This document shows positions 33,413 through 44,578 of a stretch of 64,000 bases of DNA, piece after piece. Both the position numbers and the translations under genes were made by a program. Origin of the DNA: a virus; the IMG/VR virus record IMGVR_UViG_3300011013_000008, positions 1-64,000 of that record. One strand, 5' to 3'. Below the pieces are notes generated by a model. The model was not told the DNA's origin and searched no databases. It saw only the letters and a program-made list of their open reading frames with translations. How positions within the stretch are numbered: the stretch's first letter is position 1; each line of letters begins with the position of its first letter.

Positions 33413-35660
33413 TAAATATGATAAAGGAACTAACTATGCAAAGCTATTTCCTGAAGTTGAAATAGACTTATATCATTTATCATCACAAAACAAGAAAAAG
33501 CTATTAGTAGCTGATATGGATATAGAAATAGACACTGAAGATTATGACTTTATAATTTTAGTAGGGGCAGAACCAACTAAGAAATATTGTTCTGGTAATG
33601 TATCTACTCATCAAGGTTATCTAGTAGATGAAAAATATTTACCTTTAATTGATCCAGGGATGTTAATATTCAAACCAGATATGAAATCTGCATTTGATAG
33701 ATCAGTTAGTAATATACTAGAGTATATTTCAGGAGATAAAAAGCAGCCCATTTGGAGGGAATCAATCGGAGTAGAAGATGAGCAGGAAGCTCTGACTATA
33801 CTAAAAGAAATTCTAGATGCTCCAGTTGGGCCGGTTGCTCTGGATACTGAAACAACTGCTTTATATAGTAGAAAAGGTACAGTACTAGGAATTAGTATAG
33901 CAAATTCTATTACTAAAGGTTATTACATTTCTGCTGATGTTGTTGCAGAGGACTGCATAGAGATTATTCAAGCTATTATTAATAAACACATTATAGTATT
34001 CCATAATGCTAAATTTGATATACATATGTTAAATTATCATTTTGGGTTAGACTTTGACTTAGATAATATAACTAATCCAGATTCTTTCGAAGATACTTTA
34101 ATGTTACACTATATTCTAGATGAATCTACTGGGTCTCATGGACTAAAACAATTATGTATAAAATATACTGATCTAGGAGATTATGATAGGGATTTAGACC
34201 AATTTAAGAAAGATTACTGTAGGCTACATAAAGTAAAGCAGGCAGATTTTACTTATGATTTAATTCCATTTGATATTATGTATCCGTATGCAGCAAAAGA
34301 TGCGATGGGTACTCTAGAATTATATACAAAGTTTATTGATATAGTTAAGAATAGCAGAATAAACAAAGCGTATGAAATGCTGAAGAAAGGTGCTAAGTTT
34401 TTAATAAAGATTGAGGATAATGGAGTTCCTTTCTCAAAAGAAAAACTATTAGTTACTCAAACAGCGTTAGATGATGAAATATTCCAACTAGAACAATCTA
34501 TCTACAAATACCCAGAAATATCTAAACTAGAAGAAACTTTAGAGGTTAAGTTTAATCCTAATTCTGTTCAACATTTACGATATTTATTTTATAGTATGTT
34601 AAATCTTCCTGTACACGGTAAAAAGACTGCAACTGGAGCTAATAGTGTAGACGCTGAAGTATTAGATTATTTATCGGAATTACACCCTATAGTTGAACAT
34701 ATTAGTCAGATAAAGAAAGCTAAAAAGATTAAATCTACCTATATTGATAAAGTGCTAATGCATCTTGATTGGGATGGTAGATTAAGAACAAACTATAACC
34801 TAACTACTACTACTTCTGGTAGACTTAGTAGTTCTGGAACATTAAATATGCAACAATTACCTAGAGATGATAAACGGGTAAAAAGTTGTATTACTGCTCC
34901 AGAAGGATATAGTATAGTATCACAGGATCTTGGTACAGCAGAAATGTACATTGCTGCAGTTCTATCAAAAGATAAAAACTTAATGCAAGTATTCATTGAT
35001 AAACAAAAAGGGATTGGAGCAGATTTTCACTCCTCTATTGCACATATGGTATTTAGATTACCTTGTGATGCTAAAGAAGTTAAAGAATTATATCCAATAC
35101 AAAGACAAGCAGCAAAAGCTATTTCTTTTGGTATTCTATATGGCTCAGGGCCGGACAAGGTAGCAAATACTGTAAATAGTGAGGGTGGTAATTTTACAGT
35201 ACAAGATGCTAATGAAGCTATTGAACAATATTTTGCAGCTTTCCCTAAACTAAAGAAATGGTTATCTACAAATCAGCAGTTAATTAAGAAACAGGGATAT
35301 ATTTATTCAATCTTTAACAGAAAAAGAAGATTAGGAAATGTATTCTCTAAGGATAGACAGACTCAAGGACATGAGGTACGAAGTGGAATTAATTTTCTAG
35401 TACAGTCTGTAGCTTCTGATATTAACCTATTGGCTAGTATTGATATACAACAATACATCAATGATAGGAACTTAGATGTAGAGATTTTTGGCTTAGTACA
35501 TGACTCTATCTTAGCTATAGTAAATAATAACAATCTTGATGAGTATTTAAAAATTGCTCAAGAACTTACACAACAGGATTTTGGTTGTAGTATTCCAGGT
35601 TGTCCTATTGCTGTAGACCAAGAGATAGGAACAGACTATTCCTTTAAAAAAGATGAATAA
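33390..35660 (+). CDS. DNA polymerase, family A
   Basis: exonuclease DTETT, HNAKFD, YAAKD; polymerase TTSGRLSS, QD...AE, RQAAKAISFGILYG, VHDS. Confidence 0.97.
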   Translation: MKRVALIDKYDKGTNYAKLFPEVEIDLYHLSSQNKKKLLVADMDIEIDTEDYDFIILVGAEPTKKYCSGNVSTHQGYLVDEKYLPLIDPGMLIFKPDMKSAFDRSVSNILEYISGDKKQPIWRESIGVEDEQEALTILKEILDAPVGPVALDTETTALYSRKGTVLGISIANSITKGYYISADVVAEDCIEIIQAIINKHIIVFHNAKFDIHMLNYHFGLDFDLDNITNPDSFEDTLMLHYILDESTGSHGLKQLCIKYTDLGDYDRDLDQFKKDYCRLHKVKQADFTYDLIPFDIMYPYAAKDAMGTLELYTKFIDIVKNSRINKAYEMLKKGAKFLIKIEDNGVPFSKEKLLVTQTALDDEIFQLEQSIYKYPEISKLEETLEVKFNPNSVQHLRYLFYSMLNLPVHGKKTATGANSVDAEVLDYLSELHPIVEHISQIKKAKKIKSTYIDKVLMHLDWDGRLRTNYNLTTTTSGRLSSSGTLNMQQLPRDDKRVKSCITAPEGYSIVSQDLGTAEMYIAAVLSKDKNLMQVFIDKQKGIGADFHSSIAHMVFRLPCDAKEVKELYPIQRQAAKAISFGILYGSGPDKVANTVNSEGGNFTVQDANEAIEQYFAAFPKLKKWLSTNQQLIKKQGYIYSIFNRKRRLGNVFSKDRQTQGHEVRSGINFLVQSVASDINLLASIDIQQYINDRNLDVEIFGLVHDSILAIVNNNNLDEYLKIAQELTQQDFGCSIPGCPIAVDQEIGTDYSFKKDE

Positions 35661-36168
35661 AAAGCTAGTATGGCCACTATATCATATCCGTACTTACAGA
35701 AGTATAGAAGAAAAGGATGGTATTATATATCTAGAGGATAATAGAGGTACTTATATTATTGATAATAAAAATCTTAGTGGTGATACTCTAGGTAAAAGAA
35801 GAATACGATTAAAGCATTCTTATTTAGACGAGGGAATAAGAATATATAAACTAACTAAGATTTTTTATTATTGGGCAGACGTTATTAATAATACTCATCT
35901 GTCTAAGACGTATATAGATAGTAAAGGTACTTTATTCTTCTATAAGAAATCAAATAGACGGAAATTAATATATAAAAAGGTAAAAGATATTGTTATAACT
36001 AAAGATAGCAAACTATTAGTCTACTGTGAAGATATATTTAAACCAATTTTAATTAGTTTTATACCTGTAGTAATGCCTAAATACTTAGGCTTGCTACAGA
36101 TATATGATGACTATTTATTATATGAATTATCTAGTACAGATAAGAAGGAAACATGGAGATTAGTATGA
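35653..36168 (+). CDS. conserved T5-like hypothetical protein
   Basis: position between pol and D10; IDNKNL.GDTLGKRR. Confidence 0.7.
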   Translation: MNKKLVWPLYHIRTYRSIEEKDGIIYLEDNRGTYIIDNKNLSGDTLGKRRIRLKHSYLDEGIRIYKLTKIFYYWADVINNTHLSKTYIDSKGTLFFYKKSNRRKLIYKKVKDIVITKDSKLLVYCEDIFKPILISFIPVVMPKYLGLLQIYDDYLLYELSSTDKKETWRLV

Positions 36169-37493
36169 AAGCAGTTCTTAGTAATAGAATATATCTTAGT
36201 AGTACACCGGAATTATTTAAAAGATGCAGGGAAGCATTATACTATGTAATACCACCAAAAAATTCTAAATTTGGTCGGCCAGAAATTGTTAATGATATAG
36301 TAATGATAAGTCCTACAGTATTTTCTATACCTATTGGTAGACAGGAATTAATACCGGAAGACTATGAAATTATTGATAAAAGAACTAGTGTAGGAGCTAG
36401 CATACCTAAACCTTTGATAGAGTTAAGGGAAGATCAAGTTAGTATTTTTGATGCAGTTAATGATAATTGTTTGATAAATGCAAAACCTGGGTATGGAAAG
36501 ACTTTTACAGGATTACATATAGCTAAGAAATTAGGGTTAAAAACTTTAGTAGTAGTTCATAATACAGCACTAAGAGATCAGTGGGAAGAAGAAACTTATA
36601 AATTATTTGGCTTTAGGCCAGATATTATAGGTACTGGTAAACTAAATAGTAGTACTAGTATTGTTATTAGTAATACACAAACTCTAGTTAAGCATTTAGA
36701 TAAATTCTCTAAAGAGTTTGGTACTCTAATAGTTGATGAGGTTCATAGGACACCATCTACAATATTTAAAAAAATTGTAGATTCTTCTTATGCACGATAT
36801 AAGATTGGGCTAAGTGCTACTATTAAGCGCAAAGATAATAAACATGTATTTATTCCTGATTATTTTAGTAAGGATATATTTATACCGGATACGGATACCG
36901 CATTAATACCAACTATAACGATTATCAGAACAAAACTAAGGTTATCAGTCGGTAAGGTTTCAAAGGTAGGAAAACTCTCTAGGAAAACATCTGGTGGTTG
37001 GGCGTCTCAACTAACAGAATTATGTGATAATCCAGAATATATAGAGTTAGTATCAAACCTAGTAGATATTAAATCTAATGTAGAAGGGCACAAAGTATTG
37101 TGCATAGGAGATAGATTAAATTTCCTAGATGTATGTACTAAAAGAGTAGCTAACTCAGTCAAAGTAACTAGCGAAACCACTAATAGAAAGGAAATACATG
37201 AAGGGTTTTATGATATACCTACTAAATATAATAGTTTATTTGGTATCACTAGTATTTATAAAGAGGGTATTTCTGTTAATCCTCTTAGTTGTTTAGTACT
37301 AGGAGCACCAATAAATAATGAACCTTTACTAGAACAGGTTATAGGTCGAGTAACTAGACCACATAAAGGAAAAAAGAACCCAGAAATAGTTGATATAGGA
37401 TTAGATGATCCAGTTGGTAGACGTCAATTAGCTACTAGAGTTAATTACTATATTAATAGGGGTTATAAAATAAGGGAGATACGACTTGATTAG
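36165..37493 (+). CDS. SF2 helicase (T5 D10-like)
   Basis: PGYGKT, DEVH, LSAT, QVIGRV.R. Confidence 0.92.
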   Translation: MKAVLSNRIYLSSTPELFKRCREALYYVIPPKNSKFGRPEIVNDIVMISPTVFSIPIGRQELIPEDYEIIDKRTSVGASIPKPLIELREDQVSIFDAVNDNCLINAKPGYGKTFTGLHIAKKLGLKTLVVVHNTALRDQWEEETYKLFGFRPDIIGTGKLNSSTSIVISNTQTLVKHLDKFSKEFGTLIVDEVHRTPSTIFKKIVDSSYARYKIGLSATIKRKDNKHVFIPDYFSKDIFIPDTDTALIPTITIIRTKLRLSVGKVSKVGKLSRKTSGGWASQLTELCDNPEYIELVSNLVDIKSNVEGHKVLCIGDRLNFLDVCTKRVANSVKVTSETTNRKEIHEGFYDIPTKYNSLFGITSIYKEGISVNPLSCLVLGAPINNEPLLEQVIGRVTRPHKGKKNPEIVDIGLDDPVGRRQLATRVNYYINRGYKIREIRLD

Positions 37494-37866
37494 ATACGAT
37501 TGGAATGTATTATCTAAGCATCCTATTTATTATATATTTAACATTCTATATATACTAGATAATAAAATAGATTTTAAAACATTAACTAGAGAAGAATTAG
37601 GTGTAATAGCCTCTTTTAAAGATAAGTCAGGTTTTCTGCTTAACTTTAATGGGATATTATCTAATAAGAGTAAACACACAGATAGTGAGATTTACTTATA
37701 CTTAGATTTAGCTGCACAACGCAGTTATATCAATTACAAAGAAACAGGTGATCTTAGATTACCAACATACTACATTGAGCATAAATATGATCTTTCGAGA
37801 TTAAGATTAAATACTATGCTCACTGTGACTGATGAAGATATAATCTTCAAATATGAGGAAAAATAA
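37486..37866 (+). CDS. conserved T5-like hypothetical protein
   Basis: synteny; Y..LA..R.Y..Y. Confidence 0.65.
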   Translation: MIRYDWNVLSKHPIYYIFNILYILDNKIDFKTLTREELGVIASFKDKSGFLLNFNGILSNKSKHTDSEIYLYLDLAAQRSYINYKETGDLRLPTYYIEHKYDLSRLRLNTMLTVTDEDIIFKYEEK

Positions 37867-37868
37867 AG

Positions 37869-38519
37869 ATGGCAAAAGGTTTTTCAGAATCCAATGGATC
37901 AGCAAAAAAGGGTGGAACTTATTACAAATGGGTAGATGGAGATCAAACTCTAAGATTAGTAGGAGATATTGTTCCAAGATATTCTTACTGGAAAAGAACT
38001 CCAGACGGAAAAAACATTTCAATTGAGTGTTTAGCTTTCGATCGAGATCAAGAAAAATTTACTAATGTAGAAAAGGATTGGTTTAAAGAATTACTTGGTA
38101 CTGATGATAATGGAAAAGAAATTCATTGTTCTTGGTCTTATGTATGCAGAGCTATTGACCCTAAAGATGATACAAAAACTGTGTTAATCCCAATGAAGAA
38201 AAAATTATATCAACAAATTATGGATGTAGCAGCAGAGCTTGGTGATCCTACAGATGTTGATAAAGGATGGGATCTTCCAATAGAGCGTAAGAAAACTGGA
38301 ACTCAAGCGTTTAATGTTGAATATAACTTAAAGCAACTTAAATGTAAAAACACTGCATTAAATGATGTACAAAAAGAGACAGTAGCTAATATGCCGGATA
38401 TTGACACATTAGTACCACGTCCAACTGCAGATGAGCAACATAAGTTTATCTTAGCAACTTTCTTTGGTGGTGATGAAACCACAGAAGATGCAGAGGCTGT
38501 AAATGAGCTAGAAGGTTAA
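37869..38519 (+). CDS. single-stranded DNA-binding protein (T5 D11-like)
   Basis: RLVGD..PRY.YW, ECLAFDR, LGDPTD, acidic C-terminus. Confidence 0.85.
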   Translation: MAKGFSESNGSAKKGGTYYKWVDGDQTLRLVGDIVPRYSYWKRTPDGKNISIECLAFDRDQEKFTNVEKDWFKELLGTDDNGKEIHCSWSYVCRAIDPKDDTKTVLIPMKKKLYQQIMDVAAELGDPTDVDKGWDLPIERKKTGTQAFNVEYNLKQLKCKNTALNDVQKETVANMPDIDTLVPRPTADEQHKFILATFFGGDETTEDAEAVNELEG

Positions 38520-38528
38520 AAGACCTTT

Positions 38529-38555
38529 ATGTAGCCCAGTAAACCTGGGCTACAT
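38529..38555 (+). terminator. hairpin, probable terminator or processing stem
   Basis: ATGTAGCCCAG-TAAAC-CTGGGCTACAT. Confidence 0.6.
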
Positions 38556-38573
38556 ATTTATAATGAGGTACAA

Positions 38574-39506
38574 ATGAGTAAAGTTTTATTTAGTGCAGAC
38601 TTACACATTAAGCTAGGTCAACGCAATGTACCAAAAGATTGGCAAATAAATAGATTCAGACTATTATTCAAAGAGTTATTAGCTCTAGAGAAAAAAGTAG
38701 ATTACCATGTAATAGGTGGAGATATATATGATAGAGTTCCTACACTAGAGGAACAAGTTTTATTTGCTGAATATTTAGTACAAGTAAAAATACCAACTAT
38801 AATTTTTAGTGGTAATCATGAGGCTAGTAAGAAAGGTAGAACTTTCTTTGAGGTTTTAAAGCCTATGTATGAAAGACTAAATCCTAATATAACAGTAGTA
38901 ATAGGTACTGCTGAGCTCTTAGGTATGGATATAATACCATATGAAGATTTAAAAACATTTAAGCCTTCAGACTTTTCTAATGATATCCTACTAACACATG
39001 TTAGGGGTGCAATAGAACCACATGTTAAACCAGAAATTGATCTAACTAAGTTTGATAGATGGAAAGTAGTATTTGCTGGAGATTTACACTCTCATTCTAA
39101 TTGTCAAAGAAACATAGTTTATCCAGGATCTCCTATGACTACAACCTTTCATAGAGGTAGTACTAAAACAGGAGTTATAATCTTTGATAGCGAAACTGGT
39201 GAATATGAATGGATACATCTAAAACTCCCACAACTAATCAGAAAAACTGTAGAATCTGAAGATGATATGGTTCCCACCGAATTTGATCACACCATTTATG
39301 AACTAACAGGAGACTTATCAAACCTTGCTAAAGCTAATAAAGTTAATCCTTTATTAGATAAGAAAATAGTTAAGCGTAAAGTTGAAGCTACTTTAGATTT
39401 TTCTAATTTAGAGACTATAGAAGCAGAGTTAGTAGCATACCTAAAAAAGATAAAAGGAATAAAGAATACTGATAATATTAGTAGGAGATTTAATGATAAT
39501 ATTTAA
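38574..39506 (+). CDS. SbcD/Mre11-like nuclease (T5 D12-like)
   Basis: ADLH, GGD, GNHE, GDLH, YPGSP. Confidence 0.92.
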   Translation: MSKVLFSADLHIKLGQRNVPKDWQINRFRLLFKELLALEKKVDYHVIGGDIYDRVPTLEEQVLFAEYLVQVKIPTIIFSGNHEASKKGRTFFEVLKPMYERLNPNITVVIGTAELLGMDIIPYEDLKTFKPSDFSNDILLTHVRGAIEPHVKPEIDLTKFDRWKVVFAGDLHSHSNCQRNIVYPGSPMTTTFHRGSTKTGVIIFDSETGEYEWIHLKLPQLIRKTVESEDDMVPTEFDHTIYELTGDLSNLAKANKVNPLLDKKIVKRKVEATLDFSNLETIEAELVAYLKKIKGIKNTDNISRRFNDNI

Positions 39507-41298
39507 AAGAATGCAATGGAGTAATTTCTTTAGTTATGGCAAGGATAATAGTATTGATTTCAATAAAACTACTGTAACTCAGTTACTGGGTCAAAACGGA
39601 GTAGGCAAAACTTCTATACCAATAATTCTACAGGAAGTTCTTTATGGAAAGAATGTTAAGAAAATAGCTAAGGCTAAGTTATTCAATAGAAATATTGAAG
39701 CAAAGGAGATAAGTGCTAGTGTATGGTTTTCTGTTGATGAAGTAGAGTATAAATTATCCTATTCTAGAAACGGCTCTAAAGTAGTATTAGTACTATTTAA
39801 AGACGAGGAGGATATTTCTTCTCACACTGCGCCGGCTACTTTGAAATCTATCGAAAACATTTTACGCATGGACTTTGATACTTTCTCACAATTAATTTAT
39901 CAGAGCAGTAAATCTAGTTTAGAGTTTTTAACTTCTACGGATACACAAAGAAAGAAATTTCTAATTACTTTGTTCAATCTAGAAGCATATACTGAATTAC
40001 ACGAGGTATTTAAGAATAAATTAGGTAGTACTAATTTAGAGTTATCTAATGTGCAAGGTAAGTATGATATTATTAACGGATGGCTAGAAAAACATAGTAG
40101 TATTATTTTTAAGGAAATGGATTTAAAGGAAGTACCGGAAGCTCCAGATACAGAAATTGCTGTGGTACATGAGTTAGAAAGTAAGAAAAACGATGCTACT
40201 AATATTAATAAGAGAATTAATAAGAATAACACATACAAAAGACAACTTGAAACTTTAGATAAGTCTATGTTACATAGTTCTCTTAAGAATCCAAGGGGTA
40301 TAGCAACTGCTGAGGCCAATAAAATATCTTTGACAGCTATTAAAAATGAAAAACAAAAATTAATTAAAGTTCTAAGTGAAAAAAGCGATATATGTCCTAC
40401 TTGTAAGCAATCAATAGATATAAGCGAAAGTAAAGAATTAGAGCAAAAGTATCGAGCGGAAATGCAAGATATTGAAAAAAATCTGAGTGACACTATCACA
40501 AATCTTAAATTTTTACATGAAGAACTAGATCATGATAATAAGATTAAAAAAGTAACTAATGAATTTGAGACTATTACTAATTTAATTGATGATGAAGTAC
40601 CTGATACTCTTATAGATGTAGAAGATATTAATTCAAGTATTCAAGACTTACAAACTAAGATACTTAAAAGGCAGAAAGATATAAAAGAGATTCAAGAATA
40701 TAATGTTAGTGCTACTGTTAATAATACTAATAAACAAACTCATGAAAAACAATTAAAAGAATATTCAGATAGTCTTAAAGAGGAAATGAATAAGTTAGAA
40801 GAACTATTTACTGAAATAGAAGAGCTAGAAATTATTAAAGAGGCTCTGAGTACTAATGGTATAGTTTCCTATAAACTAGAATATTTAACTAAAGATTTAG
40901 AGATTGTTATAAATGAATACCTAGAGGAATTATCTAGAGGACAGTTTCAGTTAAGTTTTGCTTTAAAAGGAGATAAACTTAACATAGATGTTTATGACTA
41001 TGATAGTATAATTAGTATTAATGAATTATCTGAAGGTGAATTAGCAAAAATTAATGTATCTACTCTATTAGCAATAAGAAGACTAATGCAAAGTTTATCT
41101 AATACAAAACTTAATGTATTATTTCTAGATGAAATAATGGGTGTATTAGATGATATAGGTAGAGAAGATTTAATAACTGTATTACTTAGTGAGAGTAGCT
41201 TAAATACTTTTCTAGTAACACATTCTTATACACATCCTTTAGTACCAAAACTAACTATTACTAAAGAAGATAGAATTAGCAGGATAACTGATGAATAA
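39493..41298 (+). CDS. SbcC/Rad50-like ATPase (T5 D13-like)
   Basis: GQNGVGKTS, coiled coil with CPTC hook, LSEGE, FLDE. Confidence 0.93.
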   Translation: MIIFKRMQWSNFFSYGKDNSIDFNKTTVTQLLGQNGVGKTSIPIILQEVLYGKNVKKIAKAKLFNRNIEAKEISASVWFSVDEVEYKLSYSRNGSKVVLVLFKDEEDISSHTAPATLKSIENILRMDFDTFSQLIYQSSKSSLEFLTSTDTQRKKFLITLFNLEAYTELHEVFKNKLGSTNLELSNVQGKYDIINGWLEKHSSIIFKEMDLKEVPEAPDTEIAVVHELESKKNDATNINKRINKNNTYKRQLETLDKSMLHSSLKNPRGIATAEANKISLTAIKNEKQKLIKVLSEKSDICPTCKQSIDISESKELEQKYRAEMQDIEKNLSDTITNLKFLHEELDHDNKIKKVTNEFETITNLIDDEVPDTLIDVEDINSSIQDLQTKILKRQKDIKEIQEYNVSATVNNTNKQTHEKQLKEYSDSLKEEMNKLEELFTEIEELEIIKEALSTNGIVSYKLEYLTKDLEIVINEYLEELSRGQFQLSFALKGDKLNIDVYDYDSIISINELSEGELAKINVSTLLAIRRLMQSLSNTKLNVLFLDEIMGVLDDIGREDLITVLLSESSLNTFLVTHSYTHPLVPKLTITKEDRISRITDE

Positions 41299-41479
41299 CC
41301 AGTATGAAGATATTTTAGAAGTAATTAGCGAAGGCTGGGTAGAACATTTACCAGCAGAACAAGTAATGCAAAAGTGTGAAGTATTAGGCTATAGTAAACC
41401 AACCAGAGAGGAAGTAATACATCAATATGAGAAGCTAGATGACACATTGACAAATTTTATGCAGAGAGGAGGTATGTAA
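41291..41479 (+). CDS. hypothetical protein
   Basis: overlapping starts and stops. Confidence 0.55.
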   Translation: MNNQYEDILEVISEGWVEHLPAEQVMQKCEVLGYSKPTREEVIHQYEKLDDTLTNFMQRGGM

Positions 41480-41937
41480 TGGCAGTAGATTCTAGACAAA
41501 AAGGGGCTAGAGCAGAGGCTGCGTTAGTAAAGTTATTAATTGCAGATACAGGATTTACTTGGAAGCGCACTCCAGGATCTGGTGCATTGCATGCAGATCA
41601 TTTATTAAAAGGAGATTGTTATATTCCTGGTGAACATAATCTGTTTGTTATAGAAATAAAACATTATAAAGATTGTCATTTAACCTGTAACTTACTAACA
41701 GATAAGAATCCACAGTTATTAATTTGGTGGGAACAAGCAAAAAGACAAGGTGTACAGGTTAGTAAAAAACCTATTCTATTTTTTAAACATGATAGAAGTA
41801 AGTGGTTTGTAGCACTAAGAAAACAAGATGCTATACTACCTAAGAAGTATTTACACTATATGCCGGAAGATTTAGTGATTTGTACTTACGATCAATTTAA
41901 AACGTATATAATGCCAGAGGTAGAATTTATAAAATGA
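41479..41937 (+). CDS. Holliday-junction-resolvase-like nuclease (T5 D14-like)
   Basis: SRQKGARAE, RTPGSGA, KGD, IEIK, WW.Q. Confidence 0.88.
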   Translation: MAVDSRQKGARAEAALVKLLIADTGFTWKRTPGSGALHADHLLKGDCYIPGEHNLFVIEIKHYKDCHLTCNLLTDKNPQLLIWWEQAKRQGVQVSKKPILFFKHDRSKWFVALRKQDAILPKKYLHYMPEDLVICTYDQFKTYIMPEVEFIK

Positions 41938-42773
41938 GTAAAAGTTTTAGTAGTACAATGCCAGAAGAAGGTAATAATTTAATGATAGTAGATGGTTTCA
42001 ACTTAGCATTTAGATATAAACATGCTAAGAAAAGAAACTTTGCAGTAGAATATTTAAATACTATTGGTAGTTTTGCTAATAGTTATTCTGCATCTGATGT
42101 TATAATTCTTTCTGATGGTGGCTCTGAATATAGAAAACGTATCTATTCTGATTACAAAGGGGATAGAAAAAGAATGCGAGCTAATCAGAGTAAAGAAGAA
42201 GCTCAAGAATTTGAGGACTTTATGCAAGATTGGAAGTTAGCTTTTGATTTATGCTCTAGTAATTATAGTGGTATTCAATATATCGGCGTAGAAGCTGATG
42301 ACATTGCTGCCTATATTGCAACTAGAAAAGAAGTTCTAGATAAGTACGACCACATATGGTTGCTATCAACTGATAGAGACTGGGATTTACTTATAACTGA
42401 TAAAGTATCTAGATTTTCTTATAGAACTAGAAAGGAAACAACACTAGAGAACTGGAATGAACACTATGATTATTCCCCAGAAGAACATATTAGTGTTAAA
42501 GCTTTACAAGGAGATAAATCAGACTCTATTCCTGGCGTTGCCGGAATCGGAGAGAAAAGAGCAGCAGCTTTAGTAAAAGAATATGGTTCAGTATATGATA
42601 TTTATACTAGACTACCGATAAATGATAAAAGAGTATTTATGCAAAACTTAAATGCTTTCGGAGATCAACTATTATTAAATTGTAGACTAATGGATTTAGT
42701 TGAATATAGCGAAGAAGCTATAGGAGATAATATAGATGATCTTAATAATAAAATCGAGGATTTATGTCAATAA
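41934..42773 (+). CDS. flap endonuclease / 5' exonuclease (T5 D15-like)
   Basis: IVDG.NLAFR, YKG.R, GVEADD, STDRDWD, GDKSD.IPGV.GIGEKRA. Confidence 0.95.
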   Translation: MSKSFSSTMPEEGNNLMIVDGFNLAFRYKHAKKRNFAVEYLNTIGSFANSYSASDVIILSDGGSEYRKRIYSDYKGDRKRMRANQSKEEAQEFEDFMQDWKLAFDLCSSNYSGIQYIGVEADDIAAYIATRKEVLDKYDHIWLLSTDRDWDLLITDKVSRFSYRTRKETTLENWNEHYDYSPEEHISVKALQGDKSDSIPGVAGIGEKRAAALVKEYGSVYDIYTRLPINDKRVFMQNLNAFGDQLLLNCRLMDLVEYSEEAIGDNIDDLNNKIEDLCQ

Positions 42774-44578
42774 TAGATTATAGTAGAGATGAGAGATTAA
42801 CAGACTTTGCTAAAGCAACCCTAAAGGATAGATATTTATTAGATACAGAAACATCCCCACAAGAAGGGTTTCTAAGAGCCTGTAGAGCTTGGGCTAGTAA
42901 TGAAGCACATGCAGAAAGATTATATGATTATGTTAGTAAAGGATGGTTTTCTTTTTCTACACCAAAACTAAGTAATGCTCCAGTAAGACTAGCTTTCGCA
43001 GAGAAATGGGAAGATAACTGGGATGCAGAGTTATTTGAAGATACAAAAATAGGATTACCTATTAGTTGTTTTCTTAACTATGTTCCAGATTCTAGAGGAG
43101 GTCTAGGAGAACATTATACAGAGAATATTTGGTTAGCTTCTAATGGTGGAGGAATTGGTGGATATTGGGGTACAGTTCGATCAGACGGGACGTCAACGTC
43201 CCACGGATCAGAATCCACAGGTTCTATACCTTTCATGAAGATCGTTGACAGCCAAATGTTAGCCTTCTCCCAGGGCAAGACTCGCAGAGGGTCATATGCG
43301 GTCTATCAGGATATTAGTCACCCAGAGGTTCTAGAGTTTTTAGATATTAGAAAACCAACATCTGGAGATATTAATCGTAAGTGTTTAAACCTGCATCATG
43401 GAATTAATATAACTAATAAATTTATGCGTTTAGTGGATTTAGCTTCTAGCGAAGAAAATATTGATGATTCTTGGGATTTAATTGATCCACATACTAATAA
43501 AGTTGTTTCTACAATTAGTGCAAAAATATTATGGCAACGTATTCTAGAGAATAGAGTTAGTACTGGTGAACCCTATATAACATTTATTGATACAATAAAT
43601 GAAGCTTTACCTGCGAGCCAGAAGAAACTGGGTTTAACCGTTAAACAGTCCAATTTATGCACAGAGATTGTACTGGTTACTTCCCCAAAAAGAACTGCAG
43701 TATGTGCATTATCTAGTGTTAATACTTACTTTTTTGATGAGTGGAAAAATAATATAGACTTTATTCCTGATTTAGTAGAAATGATTGATAATGGCCTAGA
43801 ATATTTTATTCATAATGCTCCTGAAGAAATGTGGAGAGCGGTAAATTCTGCCAAAGCAGAAAGAAGTATAGGACTAGGACAATTAGGATTTCATAGTTTA
43901 CTTCAGAAGAAAGGTATTCCATTTGAAAGTGCTCTTGCAACTTCTTTAAATAGACAAATTGCGAAGCATATCTATGAAGAAGCGATAGCCTCCTCTTCCG
44001 TGTTAGCGGAAGAAAGAGGCGAGCCTTCGGATATGGAGGGCACAGGTCGTCGAAATGCTCACTTAATAGCAATCGCTCCAAATGCTAGCTCCGCTATTAT
44101 AGCCGGAGTATCTCCTAGTATTGAACTAATTGTTAGTAATATTTTTACACAAAAGACTTTAAGTGGTTCTTTTACTGTAAAGAACAAAGAATTAGAAAAA
44201 CTACTAGAAGAAAAGTATGATAAAAATACTAGAGAAATATGGAAGCAAATATTAGGTGATAATGGTTCTGTACGTAGTCTTGAGTTTTTAACAGATTATG
44301 AGAAGGATATATTTAAAACTGCACAGGAAGTAGACCAGAGATGGATTATAGATCATGCAGGAGATAGACAACCTTATATATGTCAAGCACAGTCAATAAA
44401 TATATTTGTACCAGCAAATGTAGATATTTTATATTTACACAAGATACATATGAGAGCATGGAAACATGGATTAAAATCATTATACTACTGTAGATCAAAT
44501 ACACTACAGAGAGCTGATATAATCAGTAAAATAGAGAGGGTTAAATTAGATGACGAAGAATGTCTTAGCTGCCAATAA
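42764..44578 (+). CDS. nrdA: ribonucleotide reductase class I alpha subunit (no ATP cone evident)
   Basis: PISCF, GGGIG, QGKTRRG, SNLCTEI, APNASS, SLYYCR, C-terminal CLSCQ. Confidence 0.95.
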   Translation: MSIIDYSRDERLTDFAKATLKDRYLLDTETSPQEGFLRACRAWASNEAHAERLYDYVSKGWFSFSTPKLSNAPVRLAFAEKWEDNWDAELFEDTKIGLPISCFLNYVPDSRGGLGEHYTENIWLASNGGGIGGYWGTVRSDGTSTSHGSESTGSIPFMKIVDSQMLAFSQGKTRRGSYAVYQDISHPEVLEFLDIRKPTSGDINRKCLNLHHGINITNKFMRLVDLASSEENIDDSWDLIDPHTNKVVSTISAKILWQRILENRVSTGEPYITFIDTINEALPASQKKLGLTVKQSNLCTEIVLVTSPKRTAVCALSSVNTYFFDEWKNNIDFIPDLVEMIDNGLEYFIHNAPEEMWRAVNSAKAERSIGLGQLGFHSLLQKKGIPFESALATSLNRQIAKHIYEEAIASSSVLAEERGEPSDMEGTGRRNAHLIAIAPNASSAIIAGVSPSIELIVSNIFTQKTLSGSFTVKNKELEKLLEEKYDKNTREIWKQILGDNGSVRSLEFLTDYEKDIFKTAQEVDQRWIIDHAGDRQPYICQAQSINIFVPANVDILYLHKIHMRAWKHGLKSLYYCRSNTLQRADIISKIERVKLDDEECLSCQ